Shown here: one piece after another, positions 9,795 to 20,248 of the stretch | How the letters are laid out: each line of letters begins with the position of its first letter | How positions within the stretch are numbered: position 1 is the stretch's first letter | IMG/VR virus record: IMGVR_UViG_3300045941_000233 | Span: 1 to 64,000 of that record | Length of the DNA stretch: 64,000 bases | Source of the DNA: a virus | Strand: one strand, 5' to 3' | Notes under the pieces: model-generated | Databases searched by the model: none | What the model saw: the letters and a program-made list of their open reading frames with translations, nothing else | What the model was told of the DNA's origin: nothing | Made by a program: the position numbers and the translations under genes

Positions 9795-10259
9795 ATGGAA
9801 GCTGCAGTCATTACCCGCGAGACCGCCGAGCACAACAAGCAATGCCGGCAAGACGCCGAAGAGATGATGCAATTCATCGGCGACCGGCCGCTGCGCTTTT
9901 GGGAATGTCTGGCCGGGATGATTGCAGCCAAACGATCGATGCTAGGAGGCAAGATCGAAAATGAAGATCAACCCAAACTATCGCCGGATTCGAGCCCTGG
10001 CCGCAGCGCACGAAGCGGTCGCAGCGATGCTACTGCTGGCGGCAATCAAACGGACGTCGAAGCAGCTTTGGAGCTGGTTGACGAAATCGAAGAGCTGGCC
10101 GAGCAAATGCCGTCGGCCGGCCAAGAGTTTGCCGAATCGGTGCTCGCAAACGCAAAATCGATCGCGGCCACTATTGAGCGGAGTGGTCGAGTCAGCCCTG
10201 CGCAGCGCAAAGCACTGAATAATTTCGCCGACGGCTTGGCCGCCTGGATTCACGACTGA
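9795..10259 (+). CDS. hypothetical protein
   Basis: 154-aa ORF in the operon. Confidence 0.7.
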   Translation: MEAAVITRETAEHNKQCRQDAEEMMQFIGDRPLRFWECLAGMIAAKRSMLGGKIENEDQPKLSPDSSPGRSARSGRSDATAGGNQTDVEAALELVDEIEELAEQMPSAGQEFAESVLANAKSIAATIERSGRVSPAQRKALNNFADGLAAWIHD

Positions 10260-10289
10260 CAGTTTTTTCAACCAAAAGGAGTCTGCTGG

Positions 10290-10562
10290 ATGGCAAGGAT
10301 CAATTTGGGTGACACCGCCCGCGACCGGATTACAGGATTCGAGGGCGTTGTGACTGGCACGCATGACTGGCTGAACGGTTGCCGGACCATTTCAATTCAG
10401 CCGCCAAAGCTGAAGGAAGACGGCTTGCCGGTCGATCCAAAATCGTTCGATGAGCCGCAGTTGATTTTGATTTCATCGGCTGTGCGGCCGGTGCATGAAT
10501 CTCCCACGCCAGCAATCGCCGGCGGCCCAAAAGACGAACCGACGCGGCGACTGTCGCCGTAG
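10290..10562 (+). CDS. conserved phage hypothetical protein
   Basis: LGD.ARD.ITGFEGVVTG...L.GC...FDE..L pattern; AAGGAG RBS. Confidence 0.75.
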   Translation: MARINLGDTARDRITGFEGVVTGTHDWLNGCRTISIQPPKLKEDGLPVDPKSFDEPQLILISSAVRPVHESPTPAIAGGPKDEPTRRLSP

Positions 10563-10609
10563 CTAACCCGTTCATTTTCTGTTCCCAAGCGACAAGGAGT
10601 TTTTCGTAA

Positions 10610-12499
10610 ATGAGTACCGCGACACTAGAGCGACCGCCGACCCAGGCGGCGAACGGCCAGCAATCCAAAGCGGATTTTTTGTCGCCGCTTTGGGGCGATA
10701 TCGACATTCCGATCATCATCGGGACCGGCGACTTCGGCCAGGGAAAGACTCTCTTCGGTCTAACGATCGCGCCGGGGCCCGTAACGCTGTGCTACGACCA
10801 GGAGGGCAGCAGCCTGACTTACCGGTCGATCGACTTCGACCACGTCGATATGGCCGCCGAGTTGATGAAGCTGTATCCCGACGGCTTCACGCCGGAGCAG
10901 CGGTTTTTGTGGTGGCGCGACGACGTGATACGACGCGGCAAGGCGGGCGGCCGCCAGGGTCGTTATCGCGTGATGATGACTGACCCTATGTCCGAGATTG
11001 AAGACGGTCTGGCCGACCACGTTCGCAAAAACATCACCAAATTCGGACTGACCAGCAACCAGGCCGACAAGTCGCCAGGGCTGTTCTGGGGCGTGATGAA
11101 GCGCGAATGGAAACTGACCCTCGACCGGTTCCGGATTTACTTCGACACGATTTACGGGACGGTTCATCTTCGCAATGAATTCGTCGGCAATTCCCCGAGC
11201 GGCAAGCAGGAGCCCAAGGGCAAGGAAACGCTGTTCGAGCTGGCCAGCCTGTTTCTGTGGTTCGACCGCCCCAAGGATCCAAGCGGCGCCGTATCGGCCG
11301 TGCCGGCGGCGAACGTGCTCAAATCGCGACTTGCCCGCACGACGATGATCGACGGCGAGCTGCAGATTGCTCCGGTCCTGCCGCCGCGACTGCCGCGGGC
11401 GACGCCCAAAGCGATTCGCGACTACATCGCCACCCCTCCGGACTACTCGAAACTCAAAAAGGATGAGCGAGTCAAGGAAAAGGAATTCACCGAAGAGGAA
11501 AAGCTGCGATTGCAGGCGCAGATCGCATCGGACCAAGCGGCCGCGTCGCAAGCCGAGCTGTCACGCATCGACAGGATGCAGCAAGCGGCGGCAGCCCAAG
11601 CCGCGCGACTGGCCACGACGCAACAGCCGCCGGATGCGGCCGGCGAGCACGCCGACCGTTCCCAGCAGAAATCGGCAGCGGCCACCGGCGGATTGGTCTC
11701 CGCCGGCAAAGTCGCGCAAATCGTCAGCCTGTTCAGCCAGTGCTTTGCGACCCCTGACGATTTGGGCGCCTGGCTGCAGCCGAAGCTGTCGCAGTGGGGA
11801 GTCGGCAAGGTTTCGCAGCTTACTCAATCGCAAGGCGAGCAGCTTGAAATCGACCTGACGGAGTTGCTGGCCCGCGGCAGGGTTGCCGACGCGATGGCGA
11901 AGGGTGCGGCGCTGTTGGCCACCCAAGGGCCCGGCAACGCCATGAAGGATCCGCCTTTCGAGCCGTCGCCGGAGTCGGTTCAGCAATCAGCCGAGCCGGA
12001 AACTTCGACCGTTCCGCCGGCCGGTGTTGCTGAGCTGGCGGAGCACGTCACGCAATCGCTTTCGGCTGAAAAGCCGCCGCGGCCGGTGAGTCCGTCGCAG
12101 ATCAAGGAATTCACGATCCTATTGCCGCAGGCGTTCGCTACGGACGCCGAGCTGGCCGCCGGGGTTCCACCGCTACTTGCGCCTTACGGCGGCCAGCGTT
12201 TTTCTCAACTGACAGAACCGCAAGCCGACGTCGTGCTGGCGAATCTCAGGATTAAAGTCGGCATGCGGACTGGCGCCGCGGCCGGACCCAATGCGCCCGG
12301 TTCGATTACGGCCGAGCAAGTGCAGAGCCTGAAAGGCTTGGCGGAAAAGACCGGCTGGACCTACGACCAGCAAGCGGAGTGGCTGAAGCAATTCGGCGTC
12401 GTGAATTTCAAGGGCCTGACGTTCAATCAGGGCGCCAGCCGGATCAATGAGCTAATCAAAATCGCGGAAGGATTCGCAGGAGGTGCACCGGGAAACTAG
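10610..12499 (+). CDS. P-loop ATPase (AAA_24/Sak4-like recombination protein) with long C-terminal extension
   Basis: GTGDFGQGKT Walker A, then YDQEGS; lies directly upstream of an SSB-like gene. Confidence 0.65.
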   Translation: MSTATLERPPTQAANGQQSKADFLSPLWGDIDIPIIIGTGDFGQGKTLFGLTIAPGPVTLCYDQEGSSLTYRSIDFDHVDMAAELMKLYPDGFTPEQRFLWWRDDVIRRGKAGGRQGRYRVMMTDPMSEIEDGLADHVRKNITKFGLTSNQADKSPGLFWGVMKREWKLTLDRFRIYFDTIYGTVHLRNEFVGNSPSGKQEPKGKETLFELASLFLWFDRPKDPSGAVSAVPAANVLKSRLARTTMIDGELQIAPVLPPRLPRATPKAIRDYIATPPDYSKLKKDERVKEKEFTEEEKLRLQAQIASDQAAASQAELSRIDRMQQAAAAQAARLATTQQPPDAAGEHADRSQQKSAAATGGLVSAGKVAQIVSLFSQCFATPDDLGAWLQPKLSQWGVGKVSQLTQSQGEQLEIDLTELLARGRVADAMAKGAALLATQGPGNAMKDPPFEPSPESVQQSAEPETSTVPPAGVAELAEHVTQSLSAEKPPRPVSPSQIKEFTILLPQAFATDAELAAGVPPLLAPYGGQRFSQLTEPQADVVLANLRIKVGMRTGAAAGPNAPGSITAEQVQSLKGLAEKTGWTYDQQAEWLKQFGVVNFKGLTFNQGASRINELIKIAEGFAGGAPGN

Positions 12500-12685
12500 C
12501 GGCTGGCGCAGCCTTCTGGCCGGCGGAGCTGCGCCAGCTTGTAACCGCCTACGGCCCCCGCGCCGTGTGGGATGCCGGCTTTGATGTACTTGGCTATCCG
12601 CCCACTTGGGCGAGCCACAAATACGAACGCGATTCACTGATAAGGTTTCTGTTTGACAATTCCAAAAACGACAAGGAGCTAGAGC

Positions 12686-13435
12686 ATGCCACAGATTTCG
12701 ACAGTGGGAAGTGACCCTACCAAGGGCAGCGGTGATTGGTTGACCGAAGAATGCGACGTCATTCTATCGGTCGAAGAGTACAAGGAAGCCGGCGTCGGGA
12801 CCGAAGATTATCACTGCCTCATCACGGCGGTAGTTCACTCTTCGACCGTTCCGAGCCAAGTCGGCAAAAAGGTGAAGGACCAAAAATTCTTCTTCCTCAA
12901 GAGCCAGAACAAGATTTTCGAGTTGTCTTGCGCTCTGGGTCTCTATACCAAGCCGAAGTGGGAGCAGGATGTTGCCGCCGGGGCGGCGCCGAATATCCCG
13001 CTCGAAGGATGCGGCGGCATGATGTTCGCGACGCCGGTGCGGCATAAGAAATGGCGGGAGCCGGACGATACTCAGTATTGGTCCGAGCAGCTTCAAGTCG
13101 CGAAGCAGAACGGCGACGAAAAAAAGGCCAAGCGCTGCCAGGACGTGCTGCAAGCCAAGCGCGGCATGCTGCAGATTGGCGGCGATTCCGGCTTCACGTT
13201 CTGGGCACTTGGCGACCCGCAGTCGGACGGCATTCCGATCGATGCCGCGACGATGGCTATGCTGTCGGCCACGTTCCCGCACGGGCTGCCGACAAAGATG
13301 GGCACGCCCCGCAAGCGCGGCGAGTCGGCCGGCCCACAAATGCCGGCGAAGAAGACCGCTCCGTCTAATGGCAACGGCGGTGCAGCTCCGGCGCAGCAGC
13401 CGGCGGGGGCTGGTTTCGGCAGTCAGTTCGTTTAA
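12686..13435 (+). CDS. putative ssDNA-binding-like protein
   Basis: Position after the Sak4-like ATPase; low-complexity G/P/A tail ending in FV; function inferred. Confidence 0.4.
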   Translation: MPQISTVGSDPTKGSGDWLTEECDVILSVEEYKEAGVGTEDYHCLITAVVHSSTVPSQVGKKVKDQKFFFLKSQNKIFELSCALGLYTKPKWEQDVAAGAAPNIPLEGCGGMMFATPVRHKKWREPDDTQYWSEQLQVAKQNGDEKKAKRCQDVLQAKRGMLQIGGDSGFTFWALGDPQSDGIPIDAATMAMLSATFPHGLPTKMGTPRKRGESAGPQMPAKKTAPSNGNGGAAPAQQPAGAGFGSQFV

Positions 13436-13692
13436 TCGACGATCGTTTTTGAAGCGAGCAAGGAGGCAACGCCTTGTCGCTGCCCGGCTGTCGGTATCTG
13501 TGTTTTGGCAAGCGCAAAATCCGGCAGCCGGGTTTTCTAAACCATCCGAGCCGATAACGCCGTGGAGTCGGTGAAAGCGGCGCGCTCGATCATCTCGCTT
13601 GCCGCGAGGCAAGAACCAATTCGAGCATTTCGCGTCATAACGGGATACCCGCCGGCGGTCCCGGCCGAATCACGGCGCGCCGGCAAATTTTT

Positions 13693-16191
13693 ATGGCTAA
13701 AGCAAACGTCGAAATAACCGCTACGCTGCTATTCGAGCGGCGACCGCCAAACTGCGAGAATTTTTTTATCGCGGAGTGTCGCGTCGTCGGCGGAGAATAC
13801 GACGGCAAGACAATCAAGTTTGTCGGCAACTGCGAAGAGGGCGAGCTGCAGCCGCAACTGACGTATCGGTTTTACGGCTATTGGAAAGACGATCCGAAGT
13901 GGGGACTGCAATTCAACGTCGTTACGTTCGTGATGGCCATGCCGCACGGCCGCCAGGGGATCGTTAAGTATCTTGAAATCAATTGCGACGAAATCGGCAA
14001 GGCCAGGGCCGAACAGCTTTGGAACAAATTCAATGCGGACGCGGTTCGTGTTTGCCGTGAGCATCCGGAAATTCTGGCTGATTCGATCAAGGGGCTGTCG
14101 CTCGAACAGGCGCAGCACATCAGCGACCAGTTGAAGGCGGCCGAGTCGGTGGAGTCGGTATCGATCGAGCTGATCGATTTTTTCGCCGGCATGAATGTTC
14201 CCAAGTCGGTTTACAAGGAAGCGCTGCGGCTGTGGGGCAACAAAGCTACGGAGCTATTCAAGATAAATCCGTATCTCATGCTGGCGCTGAACGGTATCGG
14301 TTTCCTGAAAGCCGACAACATTTACTGCCAGTTGGGGCTACCGCTAGGACGGACGAAGCGGCAGATTCACTGCCTGAACTACGAAGCGAAGCAAGTCGAA
14401 GATACTTGGGTCTCTGACGGGCAAGCCACCCAGCTCCTGCAGAAAAAAATCGCCGGGACAGGTGTAAACCTGGAACGAGCCCTGGCCGTCGGCACGCGGG
14501 CGAAAATGTTCACGACCAAGCGGCACTGTGGAAAGTGCGGCGGCAGCGGCCGCGGCATGATTCCGGACCTATTCGACGGCGAGACTCTTGTTGATGGGCC
14601 ATGTATAGCATGCCGCGGCAGCGGCGGCCCGCGGTGGATTGCCCTGGCGCAGCGGGCGGCCAATGAGCAGATCGTCGCCGAGAAAGCTTCGATTCTGTTG
14701 CGGACAACGTCACAATGGCCGGACGTCGGTTTGGTGAAGGGCGTTAGCGACCATCAGCGGGCGGCACTGGCGAATTCATTCAAGGCATCGCTGGCCTGCT
14801 TCATCGGCGGTCCCGGCACCGGAAAATCGCACACAACGGCCGCCCTGGTTCGCACGTTACTACAGAAATTCGGCGCCGGCAGTGTGGCCGCGGCAGCTCC
14901 CACCAACAAAGCGGCCGTGCGGCTGACGCAAGGCTTCCGCGCGAATGATATCGGCTTGAATGCGACGTCGATCCATAGCCTGCTGGGAGTCGAAAAGGTC
15001 GAAGACGGAAACTGGGAATTCCGGCATAGTCGCCGCAATCCGTTTCCCTATCGGGCAATTATTCTCGACGAAACGTCGATGCTTTCGACGGACCTGGCGG
15101 CGTGCGTCTTCGACGCGATCATGCCTGGCACGATGGTTTTAATGATTGGCGACACCGGTCAGTTGCCCCCGATTCAGCACGGCGCCGTACTCCGCGACTT
15201 TCTGGCCGCTGGCGTGCCGGTTGGCGAGCTGACCGAACCGCAGCGAAATGCCGGCGATTTGGTTTTCGCGTGCCAGGATATCAAGCAGGGCCGCCGGTTC
15301 CGCGAGTCGGCCGAGATCGATTTGGATTCGCTCCCGCCGCGCAACTTCAAATTTATCCATGCCAGCAACCCCGACGAACAGATCGAGGAATTGCATAAGC
15401 TGTTGGATTGGGCGAAGTCGATTGGCCTGGACCCGGTCTGGGACTGCCAAGTCATGTCGGCGGTCAACAAGACGTCGAAGGTCAGCCGCGAGGTTCTGAA
15501 CAAGATCCTTCAGGAGCGTTTCAATCCAGGCGATCAAGCCAATTTCCGCGTCAAGGATAAAGTGATTTGCGATGAAAACGGTTTCTACAAAACGGCGGCT
15601 GCGCCTAGCAACCCGCCAACGGATTTTGGCGGCGATCAAGGCGGAGGCGGCGACGAAGACGAATGTTTCATCGCAAAAGGCGAATTCGGCCAAGTGCTCG
15701 GAATCAACAAAAAATTCGTCGTCGTGAAATTCGACGAGGGCCGGATTGTCAGTTTCCCGCTGGGACGCGAACGGAAATCGAGCGTACCGGCCGACGGTGG
15801 AACGACTGAAAGCAGTTGCCCGATTCAGTTGGCCTATTCGTGCACCGTCCACCGCATGCAAGGCAGCGAGTGCAAGCTGGCCATTCCAATGATCGACGAA
15901 TCGGCCGGCGCGAAGTGGCTTGGCTGCCGCGAGCTGTTTTTTACCGCGATTAGCCGTGGCAAGCTGCTGACCCGTCCGATTGGCCAGCGGAGCACGGCCG
16001 ATGCGATGTGCAAAAAAGTGTCAATCGGGAAGCGGAAGACTTTCCTGGCGGAGCTGGTCAAGCAGTACCTGGGAAGCCAGCCGAAGGCGGCCGTGATAAC
16101 CGAACAGATGGCGATGGAGGCGGTCGATAGCGCCTTCAATCAGGGCAGCGAGTTATCGACGGATTTGGCGGCCGCGGGTGTAGTGGGGTAA
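13693..16191 (+). CDS. RecD2-like SF1B helicase
   Basis: N-terminal G.W..DPKWG.QF and HhH segments; GGPGTGKS, AAPTNKAA, ILDETSM, GDTGQLPP, AYSCTVHRMQGSE, FFTAISRGK. Confidence 0.92.
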   Translation: MAKANVEITATLLFERRPPNCENFFIAECRVVGGEYDGKTIKFVGNCEEGELQPQLTYRFYGYWKDDPKWGLQFNVVTFVMAMPHGRQGIVKYLEINCDEIGKARAEQLWNKFNADAVRVCREHPEILADSIKGLSLEQAQHISDQLKAAESVESVSIELIDFFAGMNVPKSVYKEALRLWGNKATELFKINPYLMLALNGIGFLKADNIYCQLGLPLGRTKRQIHCLNYEAKQVEDTWVSDGQATQLLQKKIAGTGVNLERALAVGTRAKMFTTKRHCGKCGGSGRGMIPDLFDGETLVDGPCIACRGSGGPRWIALAQRAANEQIVAEKASILLRTTSQWPDVGLVKGVSDHQRAALANSFKASLACFIGGPGTGKSHTTAALVRTLLQKFGAGSVAAAAPTNKAAVRLTQGFRANDIGLNATSIHSLLGVEKVEDGNWEFRHSRRNPFPYRAIILDETSMLSTDLAACVFDAIMPGTMVLMIGDTGQLPPIQHGAVLRDFLAAGVPVGELTEPQRNAGDLVFACQDIKQGRRFRESAEIDLDSLPPRNFKFIHASNPDEQIEELHKLLDWAKSIGLDPVWDCQVMSAVNKTSKVSREVLNKILQERFNPGDQANFRVKDKVICDENGFYKTAAAPSNPPTDFGGDQGGGGDEDECFIAKGEFGQVLGINKKFVVVKFDEGRIVSFPLGRERKSSVPADGGTTESSCPIQLAYSCTVHRMQGSECKLAIPMIDESAGAKWLGCRELFFTAISRGKLLTRPIGQRSTADAMCKKVSIGKRKTFLAELVKQYLGSQPKAAVITEQMAMEAVDSAFNQGSELSTDLAAAGVVG

Positions 16192-16215
16192 ACGGAAAAC
16201 GGATGGAGCCTAAAA

Positions 16216-17043
16216 ATGGTGACGAGCAGTCCAGTTAAGAGGCACGGCGGCAAGGCATACCTGGCGCAGCGGATCCGCTCGCTAATGCCGAAGCATACGC
16301 GATATTGCGAACCGTTTTTCGGCAGCGGTGCAGTTCTGTTCGCGGGAGATGGCGAGGGAGTGGCGGAATTCGCGAACGACAAAGACGGCCAGTTAATGAA
16401 TTTCTGGTGGGTGCTTCAGAGTGAAAAGCTGTGGCCGGAGTTTTTCAGGAAATGCAATTCAGTGCCGGTAAGCGAAGGCTGCTTCGAGTGGTCGAAGCTA
16501 GTCCAACACAATGAAATCGACCGGGCTCTGGCGTTTTTTATTCGCAATCGCCAGTCCCGCCAGGCACTAGGTCGCGATTACGTGACTCCGACCAGGCGAC
16601 TGCGCCGCGGCATGAACGAACAAGTCAGCGCGTGGCTGTCGGCGGTCGATGGCTTGCCGGAATTCCACGAACGCTTACGGCGAGTCGAAATTCGTTGCGG
16701 CGACGCGCTCGACTTTATCCGCGAGCTCGATTCTCCCGAGACGTGTTTTTATTGCGATCCGCCATACGTTCACGAAACACGGTCAACGACCGGCGAATAT
16801 GGACTGCATGAGATGACCCACGACGATCACTGCGCTCTTCTGGATTGCCTCATTCAAATTAAAGGCAAGTTTTTATTGAGCGGATACCGCAATCCAACCT
16901 ACGACTTTTGGCACAAGCAAAGAGGATTCGATTGGTCCCGTGTTGACTTTGAGATTCCGAATCAAGCCAGCAGCACGAAGAAAAAAGAAATCAAAACCGA
17001 GTGTGTTTGGACTAACTTCCGGCCGCATGAGGTTGAAAGATGA
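16216..17043 (+). CDS. DNA adenine methyltransferase (Dam/D12 class)
   Basis: GGK, YCEPFFGSGAV, FYCDPPY. Confidence 0.92.
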   Translation: MVTSSPVKRHGGKAYLAQRIRSLMPKHTRYCEPFFGSGAVLFAGDGEGVAEFANDKDGQLMNFWWVLQSEKLWPEFFRKCNSVPVSEGCFEWSKLVQHNEIDRALAFFIRNRQSRQALGRDYVTPTRRLRRGMNEQVSAWLSAVDGLPEFHERLRRVEIRCGDALDFIRELDSPETCFYCDPPYVHETRSTTGEYGLHEMTHDDHCALLDCLIQIKGKFLLSGYRNPTYDFWHKQRGFDWSRVDFEIPNQASSTKKKEIKTECVWTNFRPHEVER

Positions 17044-17321
17044 CAGACCGCGACCAACTGGAATTGCGATACATCGCCGACCTGTTCTTTCGCGAAGCAC
17101 GCGAGACAGGCGACGGTCGTTTCGTTATCGACAGCCGCTCGATGTTCGAGCTGGTTAAGGTACTCGACAAGGCCGCCGGACACTGCGCGAAGCGAGACAA
17201 GCAATACGACAAGGCCGAAGCATTGCTGGACGTCGAACGCGACACCTACGGCCAGCAGATTGACGACTTGGAAAAAGAGCTGAAGGAATTCAGGGAATTG
17301 CCACAATTGGCGATTTTTTAA
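17040..17321 (+). CDS. small coiled-coil protein ending in QLAIF
   Basis: Overlaps the dam stop; C-terminus resembles a clamp-binding motif. Confidence 0.65.
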   Translation: MTDRDQLELRYIADLFFREARETGDGRFVIDSRSMFELVKVLDKAAGHCAKRDKQYDKAEALLDVERDTYGQQIDDLEKELKEFRELPQLAIF

Positions 17322-17323
17322 TC

Positions 17324-17917
17324 ATGGTTCAAATTCCCATCACATCGCGACCAGCCCGCCACTTCGGCGAGCGGCCCATTCCAACAGCAACACAGAAAAC
17401 CGGCGACGTCGATCCGCTGGTCCTGCCGTTCACGATTTTCTACGACCATCGCGAGCGGGCCGGCGGCTGGCGGTTCAGTGGACTAATTGGCGGCGCGTCC
17501 GACAAATATCGGCCACTTGTTGTTCAAACCAAGGAAACTTTCATGCCGACGGCGGACTATACCGTCGAGGGCGTGCCGATTTTCATTGAGCGCAAGTCGC
17601 CGGAAGATTTCATTTCGACGATTACGCACGGCCGCGAGAATTTCAAAAAAGAACACGACCGCATGAAGATGATCGAGGACGGCGGCGGGCAGTGCTGTGT
17701 GATTATCGAAGCCGGCTACGAACAGATCATGGCCGAGCTGGAAAGCGGCAGCTCTATGCGACAAGTCCCGGCGGCAGTCGTCCGCGGCAGCGTCGCCGCC
17801 CAGATCAACGACTACGGCATTCCGTGGGTTTTTGCCGGCAGCCGAAGAGCGGCCGAAGAGATGGCATTTTGGGTGCTACGGAAGGCGTGGGAGCGAGCGC
17901 AGGAGAGGGTGAAATGA
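17324..17917 (+). CDS. ERCC4/XPF-family nuclease
   Basis: D.RE...ADY...IERKS..DF. Confidence 0.88.
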   Translation: MVQIPITSRPARHFGERPIPTATQKTGDVDPLVLPFTIFYDHRERAGGWRFSGLIGGASDKYRPLVVQTKETFMPTADYTVEGVPIFIERKSPEDFISTITHGRENFKKEHDRMKMIEDGGGQCCVIIEAGYEQIMAELESGSSMRQVPAAVVRGSVAAQINDYGIPWVFAGSRRAAEEMAFWVLRKAWERAQERVK

Positions 17918-18107
17918 CTTCCGCCAGATCACGCCGCCGCGCCCGTCGCCAGGAATTAGCGACAACGCGACTGACTGAACTTCGCAAACTGATTTGGCAA
18001 GTATGGGACCGCCGGCCGCTTGGCGCCGTCGGAATCCCAATTGTCGATTTCGTAAAACTGACTCAATTCGTCGAGGGCGGAGAAGTGGCACCATTTGAGG
18101 ACAAAAA

Positions 18108-18551
18108 ATGAGAAGCGTTTTGCAGGATTGGGTCATGCGATTGTCGCTGCGAGAGCAAGGGACTCTGCTAACGGCCGTTCGCGGCTGTGACTTGACCCCA
18201 AAATTTCCGCTCGATAGTCCCGAAAGGGTTATCGTGTCGTGCATCCGCGGCGCGTTTATGGTTCCAGCCGACGAACGCGAAGTTGACTCAGAGCCTGGCG
18301 CCTTCATGTCGCTGAATGTCCCCAAGCTGAAATGGTCCGCATTCGGCCAATATCCGCAGCATTGGGTCGCCCACATTTTGCACGCTATCGAAGTCCTTGG
18401 CTGGCGTCATCCTGTCCCAACGGTTCGCGATGCGTGGCACAGGCTGTACTTGGAAGGCTGCAAGTCTCTGCATGTAGGGCCGGAGACGATCGATCAATTC
18501 GAGGCCCGCATGAATGAAGATCGCGTGGCCAATGGAACGATCGTGAGCTAA
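18108..18551 (+). CDS. hypothetical protein
   Basis: 147 aa; GAGG RBS. Confidence 0.7.
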   Translation: MRSVLQDWVMRLSLREQGTLLTAVRGCDLTPKFPLDSPERVIVSCIRGAFMVPADEREVDSEPGAFMSLNVPKLKWSAFGQYPQHWVAHILHAIEVLGWRHPVPTVRDAWHRLYLEGCKSLHVGPETIDQFEARMNEDRVANGTIVS

Positions 18552-18556
18552 CGGAC

Positions 18557-18796
18557 ATGGCCGCCACAAAAATCGAATACCGCCCGCTGCCGCGATTCCA
18601 GCATCGCCAGGCAATCCGTGTTCCGCCGGAAGTCCACGACGATCAAAAGGCCGAAATTGTTGGCCATGAATGGGGCCCAGACAAAGGCTACGGCAAGCGC
18701 GGCCCGGGCTGGATTTACTACATCAAATTTCCCGACGGCGGGGAGTGGTGGATTGCAACCGAACAGGAGCTAATCGAATGGGACAGCCAGGTTTAA
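18557..18796 (+). CDS. small hypothetical protein
   Basis: 79-aa ORF in the operon. Confidence 0.6.
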   Translation: MAATKIEYRPLPRFQHRQAIRVPPEVHDDQKAEIVGHEWGPDKGYGKRGPGWIYYIKFPDGGEWWIATEQELIEWDSQV

Positions 18797-19072
18797 TTCA
18801 CGAAAACGAGCCAGAATCGCCGTCGGCCGTTATCACCGTCCGCATGTATCCATCGATGCACTCGCGCATCCGAAGAGCGGCCAGAATTAAGAAAATTTCG
18901 ATCAATCGATTTTGTTTGTCGGCCATTGTCGCCGAAGTCGAAGCGGTCGAGGCGGCCGCGCTGGCTGACATGGCAAAAATAACGCCCGGCAAGGATTGCC
19001 AGCCCGAGCCGGAAGCGGCTTAACTGCCGCCTGGCAGACAGCGCAAAATTTTTCAATCAGGAGGATCGTTCG

Positions 19073-20230
19073 ATGGTGCAAATTCCAATGGTGGCTGAAT
19101 CCGCTTCCGTTGAAAGCTTTCAAATTGGTAGCTCAGAACCGGCGGCAGCGGCATTCAACGTATTTCCGCCGGCCGAGCCCGCGGCAGAGCCGATTCCGGA
19201 AGCTGTTGCCGCCGAGCCAATGGCCGAAGGATCCGGTTCGGCCAGTCCTGAATCGCCGGCAGAAATCACTACGAGCTACGACGGGCCGGCGGCCGCTGAG
19301 GCGCCGCCGCCGCTGACCGACAACAGACCGGAGGCTGACAAACCGCTGACAGCCGGCCAGCCGCCAGAGTCGCAACCAGCGGCCGCCCCACAGTCCCGCG
19401 AGGATTTGCTACGCGACGCCCAGTTTGCCGTTTGCGATATCGGGCTGGAAATCGACGAACTGCGCACGAGAATCGCCGACGATAAGAAAAAACTGAAGCA
19501 CTTGCTGGAAGACCTGGAAGAAGCGTCGGCCAAGGTTCGCGACCTACGGGACGGGAAAGACGTCCAGAAAGACTTGCCGCTGATCGACAGGACCGGCGCG
19601 CCGACGGCCGAAAATCCGACAGTTATTGAGCCGCTGCTTGTCGAAGTTCCGCTGGCGCCACCACAGCCGCCGGCTGCCAGCACCCCTTCGGCCGACACCG
19701 ACCAATCCTGGCGTAAGGTCACGATCGACCAATTGAACCTGTCCGATATCAAGGGATTCGGCAAAAAGAAGCGCGAGGCCCTAGCCGAAGTCGCGCCGAC
19801 GCTTGGCGACTTGGAAGATTTACGAGCCCAGGCCGGCGCGATGGGTCTGCAATCCGTCCTGCCGAACGGTTTCGGGCAGAAAATCTGCGACGAAATCGAA
19901 GACAAGATCATTAGCTGGCTGGCTGACAATCGCGACCGCAAGGTACTGGCGGAGACTGCCGCGGCGGCGGAAGCGGCCGACACCGACCCGGCCCACAGCG
20001 AAGACGCCGAAGTCGAGCACCTACGAGCCCGCGCCGAACAGCTTCAGGAGCTGCTATCCGGCGGCGCGCAAATGCACGTCGCCCGGCCAGATATTGCCGA
20101 GACCGGCAAGCAGATGGCCCAGAACGACGAACCGCTCGAATCGTGCAACTGGACCGCCGGCGATGAGCAGGATTCCTGGCTGATCGGCTACCTGTCGGTA
20201 AAGTCGATCGAGACCGTTGGCGCAGCATAA
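19073..20230 (+). CDS. acidic Pro/Ala-rich protein with coiled coil and HhH-like segment (N-terminus MVQIP)
   Basis: AGGAGG RBS; IKGFGKKK...LPNGFGQKI. Confidence 0.75.
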   Translation: MVQIPMVAESASVESFQIGSSEPAAAAFNVFPPAEPAAEPIPEAVAAEPMAEGSGSASPESPAEITTSYDGPAAAEAPPPLTDNRPEADKPLTAGQPPESQPAAAPQSREDLLRDAQFAVCDIGLEIDELRTRIADDKKKLKHLLEDLEEASAKVRDLRDGKDVQKDLPLIDRTGAPTAENPTVIEPLLVEVPLAPPQPPAASTPSADTDQSWRKVTIDQLNLSDIKGFGKKKREALAEVAPTLGDLEDLRAQAGAMGLQSVLPNGFGQKICDEIEDKIISWLADNRDRKVLAETAAAAEAADTDPAHSEDAEVEHLRARAEQLQELLSGGAQMHVARPDIAETGKQMAQNDEPLESCNWTAGDEQDSWLIGYLSVKSIETVGAA

Positions 20231-20248
20231 TCAAAGGGCACGGACGCC

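Noticed and set aside
12500-12545. Strong hairpin GCTGGCGCAGC/GCTGCGCCAGC as an ncRNA or terminator
   Set aside because: There is no U-tract and no recognisable RNA family, so no call can be supported.
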